A stretch of DNA of 64,000 bases from an uncultured Planctomycetota bacterium. Its GTDB lineage: Bacteria > Planctomycetota > Planctomycetia > Isosphaerales > Isosphaeraceae. The notes below the pieces were generated by a model, which searched no databases, was not told the DNA's origin, and worked only from the letters and a program-made list of their open reading frames with translations. A program made the translations under genes and the position numbers. Every line of letters begins with the position of its first letter. Within the stretch, counting starts at the first letter, position 1. Of this stretch, positions 9,426-18,655 are shown one piece after another. The stretch is taken from positions 11,925-75,924 of the forward strand of contig CAWJTV010000007.1 of NCBI GenBank assembly GCA_963845755.1, in the 5' to 3' direction.

Positions 9426-10832
9426 TCACGGCTGCCGGGTCACCCGGTCCCAGAATTCCTCCCAGCGGCCGGGAGTCCGCGTGAGCTCGCGGAGGATCAA
9501 GATGGCTCTGGCCGCCGTCACGCCGATCTTGAACTTCGGATGTTTGAGCCGGTCCCCGAGGACCGCGTCCGCCAGGCCGGCCAGGATGCCGCCGTTGGCG
9601 AACATCAGCCAGGCGGCCGGCTCCTGATAATCCAGCCGGCCGGCCGAATGCTGCTGGGTCAGGAAATCGAGGGCCTCCGCGATCGATGCGCGGCCTTCAT
9701 CCGGCAGGGGATCACGCAGCCAGGCTTGGAGGTCGGCCACGATTGACGTGATGCCCCCGGCCGATCGGAGCCGCCCTCGGGCCATTTCCAGCCAACCGGC
9801 TCGCTCCCGCCTTCGCCATGTCCGTTCTCGTGAATCGTCTCCCTCTCCCAGCCCGGCGCGCTGCACCTGCTCGAAGTAGGCTTGGGCGGCCCGCGCGATC
9901 GTATCGATCACCCGGTCGGGGTCGATGAACATCCTGATTTCCCATTCCCGGCCGAAGTCATCCGTCCGTTCGGACACGTTCCTCTGCCGCGTCAGCCAGT
10001 TGTCCAGGAACTCGACGCCCCAGGGCTGACCGCCCGAGACCCCGATGAGCCGGGCCGCCTTGTGCTGCTGCTTGTGCAGTGCGCGGTCAAGCTCGTCATT
10101 CATACGGCGGGCGAATCGGCCGCGATCGGGCTGGGGCGGATCCGCCGGCGATCCCCACTCGAACAAATCGGTCACGTAGAGCGCATATTGCCGGCGGCCA
10201 TCAACGTCGTAGAACGAGACCGAGCCGATCGCCGCCGTCGCGCGGGTCGGCCGGGACGAGATCTCGACCTCGTCCAGGCCCACAACCAGCGTCACGGTGG
10301 GATTCTCGAAGTCCGGGAGGTGGTAGATCGTCTGGTCGGCCTGGAACTCGGCGAGCGCGGCGACCGCCTCGGCGACGTGGGCCACGAGCCCGCGCGAGAA
10401 GGTCCGGCCGTGGTTCTCCGCCATGTCCGCCTGGACGTGCGCCGACCCGAATTCGGCGAATTTGGATGCGATCATCCGCGCGAATCGCGGCGTCGCGCTC
10501 AACACGATCCCCGCCCGGTCCTCGAGCGGGCAGAAAGTTCGACCCGCCGGCCGAAGACTGATACACATGCCGCTCCACCTGGGCCGCCCCGAAGGCCGTC
10601 TCGTAAAACTTGGAGACCTTGCCTTTGGTCGTGTACTTGCGCCCTCTCGCACCAGCGGCTGGCCGTCAGCGTCGAACAGCTTCATCGCCTCGGCCGTCAT
10701 GAGGACCCCGGCCTGGTTCACCGCCTGTTGCACGGCTTCCTCGCATTCGGACAGCGTGCGGTAGGGACCGAGATCCAGTTCGATCTCGAATGTCCGCCGG
10801 GTTCCCTCTGCCTTCGTCACGCGAGCCTGCAT
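9426..10832 (-). CDS. ISKra4-like transposase derivative with degenerate catalytic motifs
   Basis: EEAVQQAVNQAG..FDADG, ERHVYQSSAGG (alternate frame 10201-10578), TFCPLEDRA..SATPRFA..SKFA; DDE positions appear altered (VGLDE, GVSGG, NGGILAG). Confidence 0.65.
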   Translation of the reverse strand: MQARVTKAEGTRRTFEIELDLGPYRTLSECEEAVQQAVNQAGVLMTAEAMKLFDADGQPLVREGASTRPKARSPSFTRRPSGRPRWSGMCISLRPAGRTFCPLEDRAGIVLSATPRFARMIASKFAEFGSAHVQADMAENHGRTFSRGLVAHVAEAVAALAEFQADQTIYHLPDFENPTVTLVVGLDEVEISSRPTRATAAIGSVSFYDVDGRRQYALYVTDLFEWGSPADPPQPDRGRFARRMNDELDRALHKQQHKAARLIGVSGGQPWGVEFLDNWLTRQRNVSERTDDFGREWEIRMFIDPDRVIDTIARAAQAYFEQVQRAGLGEGDDSRERTWRRRERAGWLEMARGRLRSAGGITSIVADLQAWLRDPLPDEGRASIAEALDFLTQQHSAGRLDYQEPAAWLMFANGGILAGLADAVLGDRLKHPKFKIGVTAARAILILRELTRTPGRWEEFWDRVTRQP

Positions 10833-11089
10833 GGTTGGTTCCCCGCGTTACATCAAATCGTGACCACTGCGCTTGTACTTAACGGCTATCTTGGCTATAT
10901 TACGTAGGATCTGAGCGACGGCCAATCGAAAGTAGAACCCGCCGCCGATGAGGTCGGTCGCAGCAACCCTGCCATACCCGACCCATGATCCTCCACGATT
11001 GAGAGGCACCCATGTCCCCGTCGATCGACGACCGCGAAGGGCGCAACGAGTCCCGCCCAATTTCGAAAAACAAGCAGCACCCTCGGCGG

Positions 11090-11324
11090 GCCGCGACCTT
11101 CCCCGGAGTCGAGTATGTCGAGTTGGTCGCCGAGTCGGGAGCGGGACGGCCAGCTCGTCCCGATCCACATCACGCCGGACGGCCTGACCCTGGACGGCCA
11201 CCTGCGAGTCCGGGCGGCCGGACAAGTGGGCTCGGACGAGATCCGGGTCTGCGTCCGGGACGACCTGGCGGACCAGGCTGCACCACGCCGTGGCCAGGAC
11301 GACCGCCCGGGCGACCCAAGCTGA
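11090..11324 (+). pseudogene. Partial duplicate of the ParB N-terminal domain
   Basis: DGQLVPIHITPDGLTLDGHLRVRAAGQVGSDEIRVCVRDDLADQ vs EGQREAIQVTPDGTIIDGHQRVRAADQLGWSEIRVWVRDDLAGDQ in the next gene. Confidence 0.75.
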
Positions 11325-11394
11325 CGTGCACGAAGACAGCCGCCATGACATTTCCGTCGTTGGCCCAAACTTCCCAACCAATTGAGAGGTACTG

Positions 11395-12432
11395 ATGGCT
11401 CAGTCGAAACGCGACCACAAGACACACCGACACGCTTCAGACGATGGCGCCGCCGCAAGCCAGGCGAAGGCCGACACGCCGGCCGAGGCCCAGCCCGATG
11501 GTGGGCCGCCGGCAGACGGCGGACAGGAATCCCGGCGCATCGAGCAACGGCCCATCGCCGGGCTCAACAATCATCCGTGGCAGGTCAAGCTCTACCACAG
11601 TCTGGAAGGCGCCGACTTCGAGGGTCTGGTTAACAGCTTTCGGCGTGAGGGCCAGCGCGAGGCGATCCAGGTTACGCCCGATGGCACCATCATCGACGGG
11701 CATCAACGTGTGCGTGCAGCCGACCAACTGGGGTGGTCCGAAATCCGCGTCTGGGTGCGCGACGACCTGGCAGGCGACCAGGACGCGATCGACCGCGCGC
11801 ACGTCCTGGCGAACAGGGACCGCCGGCAGCTCGATACGATCGACCGGGTGCGTCTGGCGCTTCGCCTGGAGGAGATCGAGCGGGGCCGAAAGGTGGCCAG
11901 CCTTTCGGATTCCGAACAGGAGGAGTTCCGCGAACGAATTGGCAAGTCAGTCGGGCTCTCGGGCCGCCACGTCCAGCGGTACCTGAATGTACTGGATCTC
12001 CCGATGGTCTTACAGCGAGCGGTTTCCAAGGGTCGTCTCGGGCTGGTGATGGCCGACAGGATCTCTCGCCTCAGATGGCGCGTGCAGCAAAAGATCGCCG
12101 ACGAGATCGAGGCCGGGGGTGACCCGAAGAAGGTCGTCGCCAAACACTCGTCATTCAGGGGTCGCGGGTCGCATCCAACCACGAAGTATCGGCAGATGAT
12201 GTTGGCATTGGCCCAAGGTCTTGATGCGGCGGAGGGACGCTACCGCGAGCTCTACCCCGTCAACGGACTCGAGGGAGATCTCGCTCTCATGGACCGACTG
12301 GGCCGTTTCCGCGAAGAGTTCGCCGAGGAGCGTCGCCGGAGCGAGGCTGAGTTCGAACAAGCCTTGCAAGAGGACGAGGCGCTTTTCGCCCAGCACGAAA
12401 AGCTGACTGAATCCTTATCAGGACTCGCCTGA
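11395..12432 (+). CDS. ParB/Srx-domain protein with HTH
   Basis: GQREAIQV..IIDGHQRVRAA..ANRDRRQL; HTH IGKSVGLSGRHVQRYL; GAGAGG RBS. Confidence 0.88.
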   Translation: MAQSKRDHKTHRHASDDGAAASQAKADTPAEAQPDGGPPADGGQESRRIEQRPIAGLNNHPWQVKLYHSLEGADFEGLVNSFRREGQREAIQVTPDGTIIDGHQRVRAADQLGWSEIRVWVRDDLAGDQDAIDRAHVLANRDRRQLDTIDRVRLALRLEEIERGRKVASLSDSEQEEFRERIGKSVGLSGRHVQRYLNVLDLPMVLQRAVSKGRLGLVMADRISRLRWRVQQKIADEIEAGGDPKKVVAKHSSFRGRGSHPTTKYRQMMLALAQGLDAAEGRYRELYPVNGLEGDLALMDRLGRFREEFAEERRRSEAEFEQALQEDEALFAQHEKLTESLSGLA

Positions 12433-12433
12433 C

Positions 12434-14032
12434 GTGGACACCGCCACGATGACCATCCGGATTCGCGGCGACGGCCTCATCGCCGCGATCTCATCGCCGC
12501 CGCCCGAGGTCCTCGCCGAGCTGACGGTTAACCGACGGCGATTCCGGCCGGACGGCCGGGGTGGTCTGCGTCCGGAGGCCGAGCCGGAGCCTCTGTTCTA
12601 TCGCGCGGCTGACGGATCTTTGATCCTCCCGCCCGGGCTGGTGCACCCGGTCGCGACCGTCGGACGCCGTGCCGGCTACCGGGTGGAGATCGAGGGGCCG
12701 GCGGGACCCGTGTCCGGGATGCCGACTCCCGAGTTGCCCGCCGACCTGGACGACGCTCGGCGCCCGCTCGCTACCTCCCTGACCACCGCCCGGGGCGGCG
12801 TCATCCCTGTGGACTGCGACCGCGACCGGCTGGACGCGATCGAGTTGATGCCCCGCATCTTCCCGGGGCAATCGATCGCCATCGTCGCAAAGACCCGCCG
12901 CGAGGCCAGGACTCTATCCAGGCGCCTCGGCAAGAGATTGAAGGAGCCGGTCGGTTTCTCGACGAGAGGCGTTAACACCCTCGGGGATGCGCATGCGAGT
13001 GGGGACCGAGCCGACCATGGACCTGTCGTGCGCGGCGGTCGTCGTCTTCACTGACGCGCGCCAGGTCCTGCATCGGCGCGTGCTGCGCCAACTGTCGATG
13101 ATCTGGAAGCGACGGGCCTACGGGTTCCTGGGCCCGGAGGCCGACCTGAGTCGTCGGGAGTGGCTGGTCGTCGAAGCATCACTCGGGCCCGTCGTCGGCC
13201 GGCTGGGCGTGCCGGACGACCATCTGGTCGAGATCCAGGCCGGCTTTGCGGACTGGCCCGGAGGCGAGCAGCCGGACCGACCCCTGGGCCTGGAGTGGAA
13301 ACGGGCTTCGATCTGGCACAGCGCCGGACGCAACCTGGCGATTGCCCGGCTGGCAAGGGCCCTGGCCGGTGGCGATGCCGAGATCCCATGGGATTACGGC
13401 TTGTTCGACTTCCTCGATCCGCAACTCCGCGAAGGCCGGCGCGTGGCCATCCTGGTCGAGTCCACCGAGCACGCCGATGTCCTCGCGCGGCTGTTGCCGG
13501 GTTGGTGTGTCCTGCGGGCCGAGCCATCGGGCTCATCGGGCACGCATCGGGCTGAGGGGCCTACCCGTCACAGCTCAGACATGCCGCCGCAGGCCCCCAA
13601 TCGGTCGATCATTACCTGGCTCGCCGCCTGGCGGCGGGGCGGGATCCAGACCGATGTCGTGATCCGGGCCGACGGGACGCCGTGGCCGCTCGATCTACCG
13701 CTCTGGCCGGCGAGCCACGGCCAGGGCGTCGGGCGGCCCGTCTTGCTTGTTGACCTCGCCGACGGCCAGGACCGGACCGCGGGGAGGCAAGGTACGCCCG
13801 AATGCACTATTACCGGGACCGGGGCTGGCTCGTGGCGGGTCGGCCGCCGCTCTCCAGCCACAAGTGGTCCCCTAATGTTCGACGAGCTTCGTTGTGTGGG
13901 GGTCGCCAGACGAAGACCCAGGCCGTCCCGCCGAGCCCGGACATCGTGTCCGGCACCGGCACGGGGAGTGGGCCGTTTATGGGCCGCCACGATGAGGATT
14001 GTCCGGGCGGATCGGATACCCACGAGACCTGA
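12434..14032 (+). CDS. Degenerate SF2-helicase-like protein (frameshifts near 12990 and 13800)
   Basis: Starts 1 nt after the ParB stop; SIAIVAKTRREA, VVFTDA, RNLAIARLA, VAILVESTEHA, VVIRADG, VLLVDLAD..YYRDRGW; no Walker A or DExH. Confidence 0.5.
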
Positions 14033-14479
14033 TTCGGGGATGATTTTTGCCTAATATTCGGAGACCACATATGTCTCAGGTCGGCGTGAAATCGACCTGG
14101 TTCGCCCGATCCGGGGGCATACTCCGATGCGGCCGGGCTCGACGCCTCTCCGGTGCTGCTGGTCCGGAGCGAAACGCTGCGATGGCGGGGGCTCGCGTAG
14201 GTCGGGTCGGTTCGCTGGCGACATCAGACCGTCGCTCGCGTCCGGGGTGGGCCGGCGATGCCGTCGTTGGTGCGGGGCCTGCCGATGCGCCTGGGCAGGC
14301 CGCAGGTGGGACGATCGATCTGGATGGTTCGTAACCGGGGCCGTTGGCGTTCAGCCGCGACCGGGCCGGCCGGATCGCGAGGGTTGGAACGGGAAGCTGA
14401 CCGTGTGGCGCACAGGCCGGGCGATCGCGTGGATCGGCCCAGTGCTCGCCCGGTAGACCAGATAAGAAAGGAAAGCCGC

Positions 14480-15820
14480 ATGTATAACAGCCCGCGTCGA
14501 CGGGGGGGCTCTAACCGACCCGCCGACGCTCGTGCCCGCCGGGTGCCTGCCGACTACCACGAGGGGTCGTGCCGGGACTACCTGCGCCGACACGAGCGCG
14601 AGTCCGCCGATGCCGCCCGAGCGACAGGCGCGAGAGCGAACCGAGTTCGCCGGTTGTCTGTTCCGCAGGGCGGCCGATTCTCGCAATCTCAGGTGTGCGA
14701 TCGATTATCTGGCGCGGAGGGCGGCAGCTCCCCGGGCCCGAACGGCCTGACTCTCGACGAGCTGGACGGCTCGGAACGCTGGGGGCTCGCCAGGGCGCTC
14801 GGCGAGATCATACGGACCGGCCGGTACCGACCGGGGCCGCATCGCGAGGTGCGGATCCCCAAGGGACCGGGCCGAGGCCTGCGGACGCTCCGTATCCGCA
14901 ACGTCGAGGATCGGGTCGTCGAGAGGGCGATCGTCCAGGTCGTCCAGCCGTTCCTCGATCCGACGTTCGCGGCGGCCAGCTTCGGCTACCGGCCTGGTCG
15001 GGGTCGCGAGCACGCCCTGGCTCATGCCGAGGCGATGGCCGACGCGAAGGGCTCGTGGGTCTGGATCTTCGACGACGTCAAGGACGCCTTCGATCACGTC
15101 CCTCTGGGGCGGTTGATCGACGTCGTCCGCAAGCGGCTCGTCGCCGACGAGATCGTCGAGCTGACCCGGATCGTGACCGACGGGGAAGCGAACAGGGGGA
15201 TACGGCAGGGCAGCAGCCTGTCGCCGCTCCTGCTGAACCTCTACCTGGACCACCTACTCGACCGACCCTGGGCGAAACAACACCCGGCCCAGCCGTTGAT
15301 CCGGGTGGCGGACGACCTGCTCGTCATCGCACGGGACCGGTTCGAGGCGGAGGGCGCGCACGAAAACCTGAGATCCCAACTGCGATCTGCCGGCCTGACA
15401 CTCAAGGCGACACCCGGGACGGCCGTCCGCGATCTCCCACGCGGAGAGACCGGCGACTGGCTGGGGTTCCGGCTCCGAAACGGGCTGGGTGGCCTGGAGA
15501 TCCGACCGACCGACCGATGTTGGGGCAAGTTGGGCGAGGCCCTGGGGTTGGCCCACACGAAGCCCGCCGCACCGCTCCGTGCCTTCGAGACGATCGAGGG
15601 CTGGACCGAGCAGCTCGGCCCGTGCCGGCCCGACGTGGACCTCACCGACCTGTACGCGAGGATCGCCTCCGTGGCCCGCGAGCACGCCTTCGACGAGATT
15701 CCGACCCGACAAACCCTGGAGGGACACCTCCTCATGGGGTATCGCCGTTGGGAATCGCTGAGACGGTGCGCCCGACCCACCATGGAGCGAGAACCGGCGG
15801 CTCCGCCCGCCCACGTTTGA
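14480..15820 (+). CDS. Group II intron-like reverse transcriptase (VADD), no intron RNA or endonuclease domain detected
   Basis: AAGGA RBS before ATG 14480; RT0 (ADSRNLRCAIDYLA in alternate frame, PGPNG), IPKG..GLRTL.I..VEDRVV, SFGYRPGR, DDVKDAFD, GIRQGSSLSPLLLNLYL, IRVADD, WLGF. Confidence 0.92.
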   Translation: MYNSPRRRGGSNRPADARARRVPADYHEGSCRDYLRRHERESADAARATGARANRVRRLSVPQGGRFSQSQVCDRLSGAEGGSSPGPNGLTLDELDGSERWGLARALGEIIRTGRYRPGPHREVRIPKGPGRGLRTLRIRNVEDRVVERAIVQVVQPFLDPTFAAASFGYRPGRGREHALAHAEAMADAKGSWVWIFDDVKDAFDHVPLGRLIDVVRKRLVADEIVELTRIVTDGEANRGIRQGSSLSPLLLNLYLDHLLDRPWAKQHPAQPLIRVADDLLVIARDRFEAEGAHENLRSQLRSAGLTLKATPGTAVRDLPRGETGDWLGFRLRNGLGGLEIRPTDRCWGKLGEALGLAHTKPAAPLRAFETIEGWTEQLGPCRPDVDLTDLYARIASVAREHAFDEIPTRQTLEGHLLMGYRRWESLRRCARPTMEREPAAPPAHV

Positions 15821-16043
15821 AGACCGCAGCCAGCGGTCGAACCGGCAAGGCGTCGAATCGGCGCCCTGCCAGGATTGCTACTTCGATTCGGATTCCCGAA
15901 ACAGAGATGGGGAGCGTCCCGGTTCCGGATCTCGGCCTGTGCGAGCCCGGGGCCGGTTTTCTCCCGATCTACGAGAAAGTGACGATTGTCGATGACGAAC
16001 ACCGCCGAGCCGGTCGCGGAGCCCCTCGAGGGTCTGTGCGCTC

Positions 16044-16388
16044 GTGAGTTCCTTCGTCACCAAGGTTGCAGGTTACCGGTTTCAGAACGGGAACCTCGCC
16101 ACCGCCGGAGAGCCGGTCCGGTTCGTCCGCGAGCCGCAAAATGCCGCGGACCCCAATGCAATCGCGATTCACAACAATTCCGGCCAGCGGATCGGTTACC
16201 TCTTCCGCGAGATCGCCGCTCGGTACGCGGTGCCGCTGGACCGGGGATTCGTTCGCCTCGTCGGCCGGTTGGCCGCCCCGGGCGAGCCGAATTACGATCC
16301 GGCCCTGGCCGAGATCAACCCGCAGGTCTATCTTTGGATCTATGCGGACCAGGCCTACCTCGATGCATCGCCAGGTCAAACCGCCTGA
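16044..16388 (+). CDS. HIRAN-domain protein
   Basis: TKVAGYRF...VRFVREPQNAADPNAIAIH...RIGYL.RE.A. Confidence 0.85.
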   Translation: MSSFVTKVAGYRFQNGNLATAGEPVRFVREPQNAADPNAIAIHNNSGQRIGYLFREIAARYAVPLDRGFVRLVGRLAAPGEPNYDPALAEINPQVYLWIYADQAYLDASPGQTA

Positions 16389-17761
16389 GGGACCGTGGGA
16401 ACAGGGAGCACCGTGGGGACGGACGTTGGTAACGACAGCCGCCGGCTTCTTCGCGGCAGGCCCAGCCGGGTCGCACGGGCCATGCCGGTCGAGGCGGGAT
16501 CAGCCGAGCCAGGCCCGGCCACGCGTGTTGACCCGGCCGTCGGCGAGTTCTCATCCTGTTCGGAGTCGGACGGAGTAGTCATCGCATGCTGTCGCACTGG
16601 CTTCGGGTCGCGGCGGGCAGGATTCACGGGTTCCAACCGTGGAAGGCCTCCCGCCGCGCCAGCAATTCCCCGAAACGGCTCCGTCAGGGTCGCGATAGGC
16701 TTGCGGGGCCACCGGTTCGGCGGCGACGCCGTTGGCCGACACCCTGGACTCGCCAGATTGCCGGCGGCTCTGCGGTCAGGGTGATGCCCCATGCGAGCCG
16801 TCGAGGTCGGCGTCGGACCGGCCTTCATAGGGACCCGGCCTGCAGCCGCGACCTCAATTCCGGGGAGTCCCGGATTCCACATCGGTCGAGGGCCAACCGC
16901 CGGCGCCGCGGCCTACGTGCGTGGTGTCGCAGCCCGATCCCGGTTTCCTCTCTCCCGGAGCGATCCTTCGGCTGCATGGCCCGGTGGTCGCAAAGCAGCG
17001 TCGTCAACGGGTTGGCCGCGGGACGGTGCCCTACTCGAATATGCGGGGCCCCCCACGCGATCTAACGAGTCATGATGGAGATGTGCGAAGCGCTCGAGCA
17101 CCGTGGCGGTAAATCAACGGCCAACTCGGCGCGACCACAGCCTGTTGCCCCGTCGGTAACCCAGCTGCACGCGCACCGACTCGGCGGCGGAGGGGCACCG
17201 ACGTGATTCGACGGGGCCACGGAATGTGCGATCACAAGGCGAAACGGCCGGAGATTCGATGGCCCGGGAATGTGACGAGCGGAAACCGCCAGGAATGCGG
17301 GCACGCAGGCCGCCCGACCGGAGCGTGAGGCAGGTCGGGGAGAAGCGTCGAGTGATCCTCGATTCGGCCGCTCCGGATTCGCCAGCGATATCGGCCGTCC
17401 CACACTCGGTTTTCGACGTCAACGGACACAAGCAAGGGCTCCTGTGGGGCGCCGGGCAGGTGGCATCCGTCCAATGTGCATCGCCGGCCGATCAGGTCGA
17501 GTCGATCGACGGAGCGGGGCGCCAAGACCCCTGCGCCCACGCGAGGTCTCGCTGAAACTCGAATCCGGAGAGATCCAGGCCCTGGTCGCCGCCCTCCTCT
17601 GCTACCCGGGGTCGGGCGTATCTCGAACCGGACCTTGAGTGGCCGTCGCCCATGCCACCGGACGATCGTCCCGGAAGGGGACTAACGGGTACCGAGCTTG
17701 GGGTTGATCCTCGATCACGCAGCCCGCCCGGACGCATCCGGGGATCGGTCGCCCCTCATTC

Positions 17762-18655
17762 TTAAGGCCTACCGGCTTCCGCCTGGCGAGCATCGGGCCA
17801 TGCTCCGACCGGGGTCGGCAGCCATCGGCTCTGGTCACCTTCGACAAGCTCGGCGAAGGCCTGCCGCGCCTTCTCGACAACCGGACGGAACTCCATCAAC
17901 ACCACCGTTGAATCAGGATCCCGGTAGGCGACCTCGTATGCTCGCACGGAGCTCGCATACTCACGCAGAGCCTTGGGGCGATACGCCATGAGGACCTCGC
18001 GATACTCTGGCTGCACCCGGTCGAACTGCGCCGCGACCCAGTAACGGAAGAACGGACGCAGGGCGTTGCTCGGGTCTCGGAGTGTGCCGAGTACCGCGTT
18101 TGCCCATGTCCCGCCGAACAAACGGTTGGCCCGGCTGCACTCGAGAGCGAAGTGGGCTCCCATCGTATCTCGATGGATTCTTCGCTGTGTGATGGCCTCT
18201 CCCTGCTCGTCCTGCTGGTATTGGTCGAGGGCCGCGGGAGAGAGCAGTTTGTTGGGATACGGAGATCCGGCGTTGGCGACGCGTATGAATCCCGCATTGA
18301 TGTACCCTTCGAAGTCAAGGCCGCGGTCCAGGATGGCCCTCGCGACCTTGACCCAGATCGGCGCGTGGAACCGCCCCTTACAGTCGTAGCCGCCGTCCCA
18401 TCGGCGGAGCTCATAAGCACCATAGTGATCGGGTCGCCGCGTGATGGCTTCGGTGGCTGCCCTCCGGCAGCCTACATACGTGTGGCGCACGAGGTGCGTC
18501 AGGAATCTCGTCAGGTCGTAGCAGTCCGGGTCGTGCAGGCCGGACGGAAGCACCTTCTTCGGGAACAGGTCCACAGTCGGGGTGATTCCCGAGATGCCGA
18601 GGTAGGCCGTGCGGGCCATGAGCCGGTTCGTCACGTCGTCGTCTGGCAAGGGCAT
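17762..18655 (-). CDS. Hypothetical protein (RWDGG motif), coupled to the Rep-like gene
   Basis: 297-aa ORF of normal composition whose start overlaps the end of 18631-19653. Confidence 0.7.
   Translation of the reverse strand: MPLPDDDVTNRLMARTAYLGISGITPTVDLFPKKVLPSGLHDPDCYDLTRFLTHLVRHTYVGCRRAATEAITRRPDHYGAYELRRWDGGYDCKGRFHAPIWVKVARAILDRGLDFEGYINAGFIRVANAGSPYPNKLLSPAALDQYQQDEQGEAITQRRIHRDTMGAHFALECSRANRLFGGTWANAVLGTLRDPSNALRPFFRYWVAAQFDRVQPEYREVLMAYRPKALREYASSVRAYEVAYRDPDSTVVLMEFRPVVEKARQAFAELVEGDQSRWLPTPVGAWPDARQAEAGRP

Noticed and set aside
14033..15820. Retron, DGR or CRISPR-associated interpretation of the first RT
   Set aside because: No VTG motif or a1/a2 repeats seen; QGSSLSP is group II-type rather than DGR-type; no template repeat, avd, cas1 or array
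15821..16043. Group II intron domain V/VI after the first RT
   Set aside because: No domain V-like hairpin with an AGC/CGC triad, unlike 33857-33890
16400..17760. Genes or a repeat array between HIRAN and the RWDGG gene
   Set aside because: Only short, motif-free ORFs and no periodic repeat seen; left uncalled
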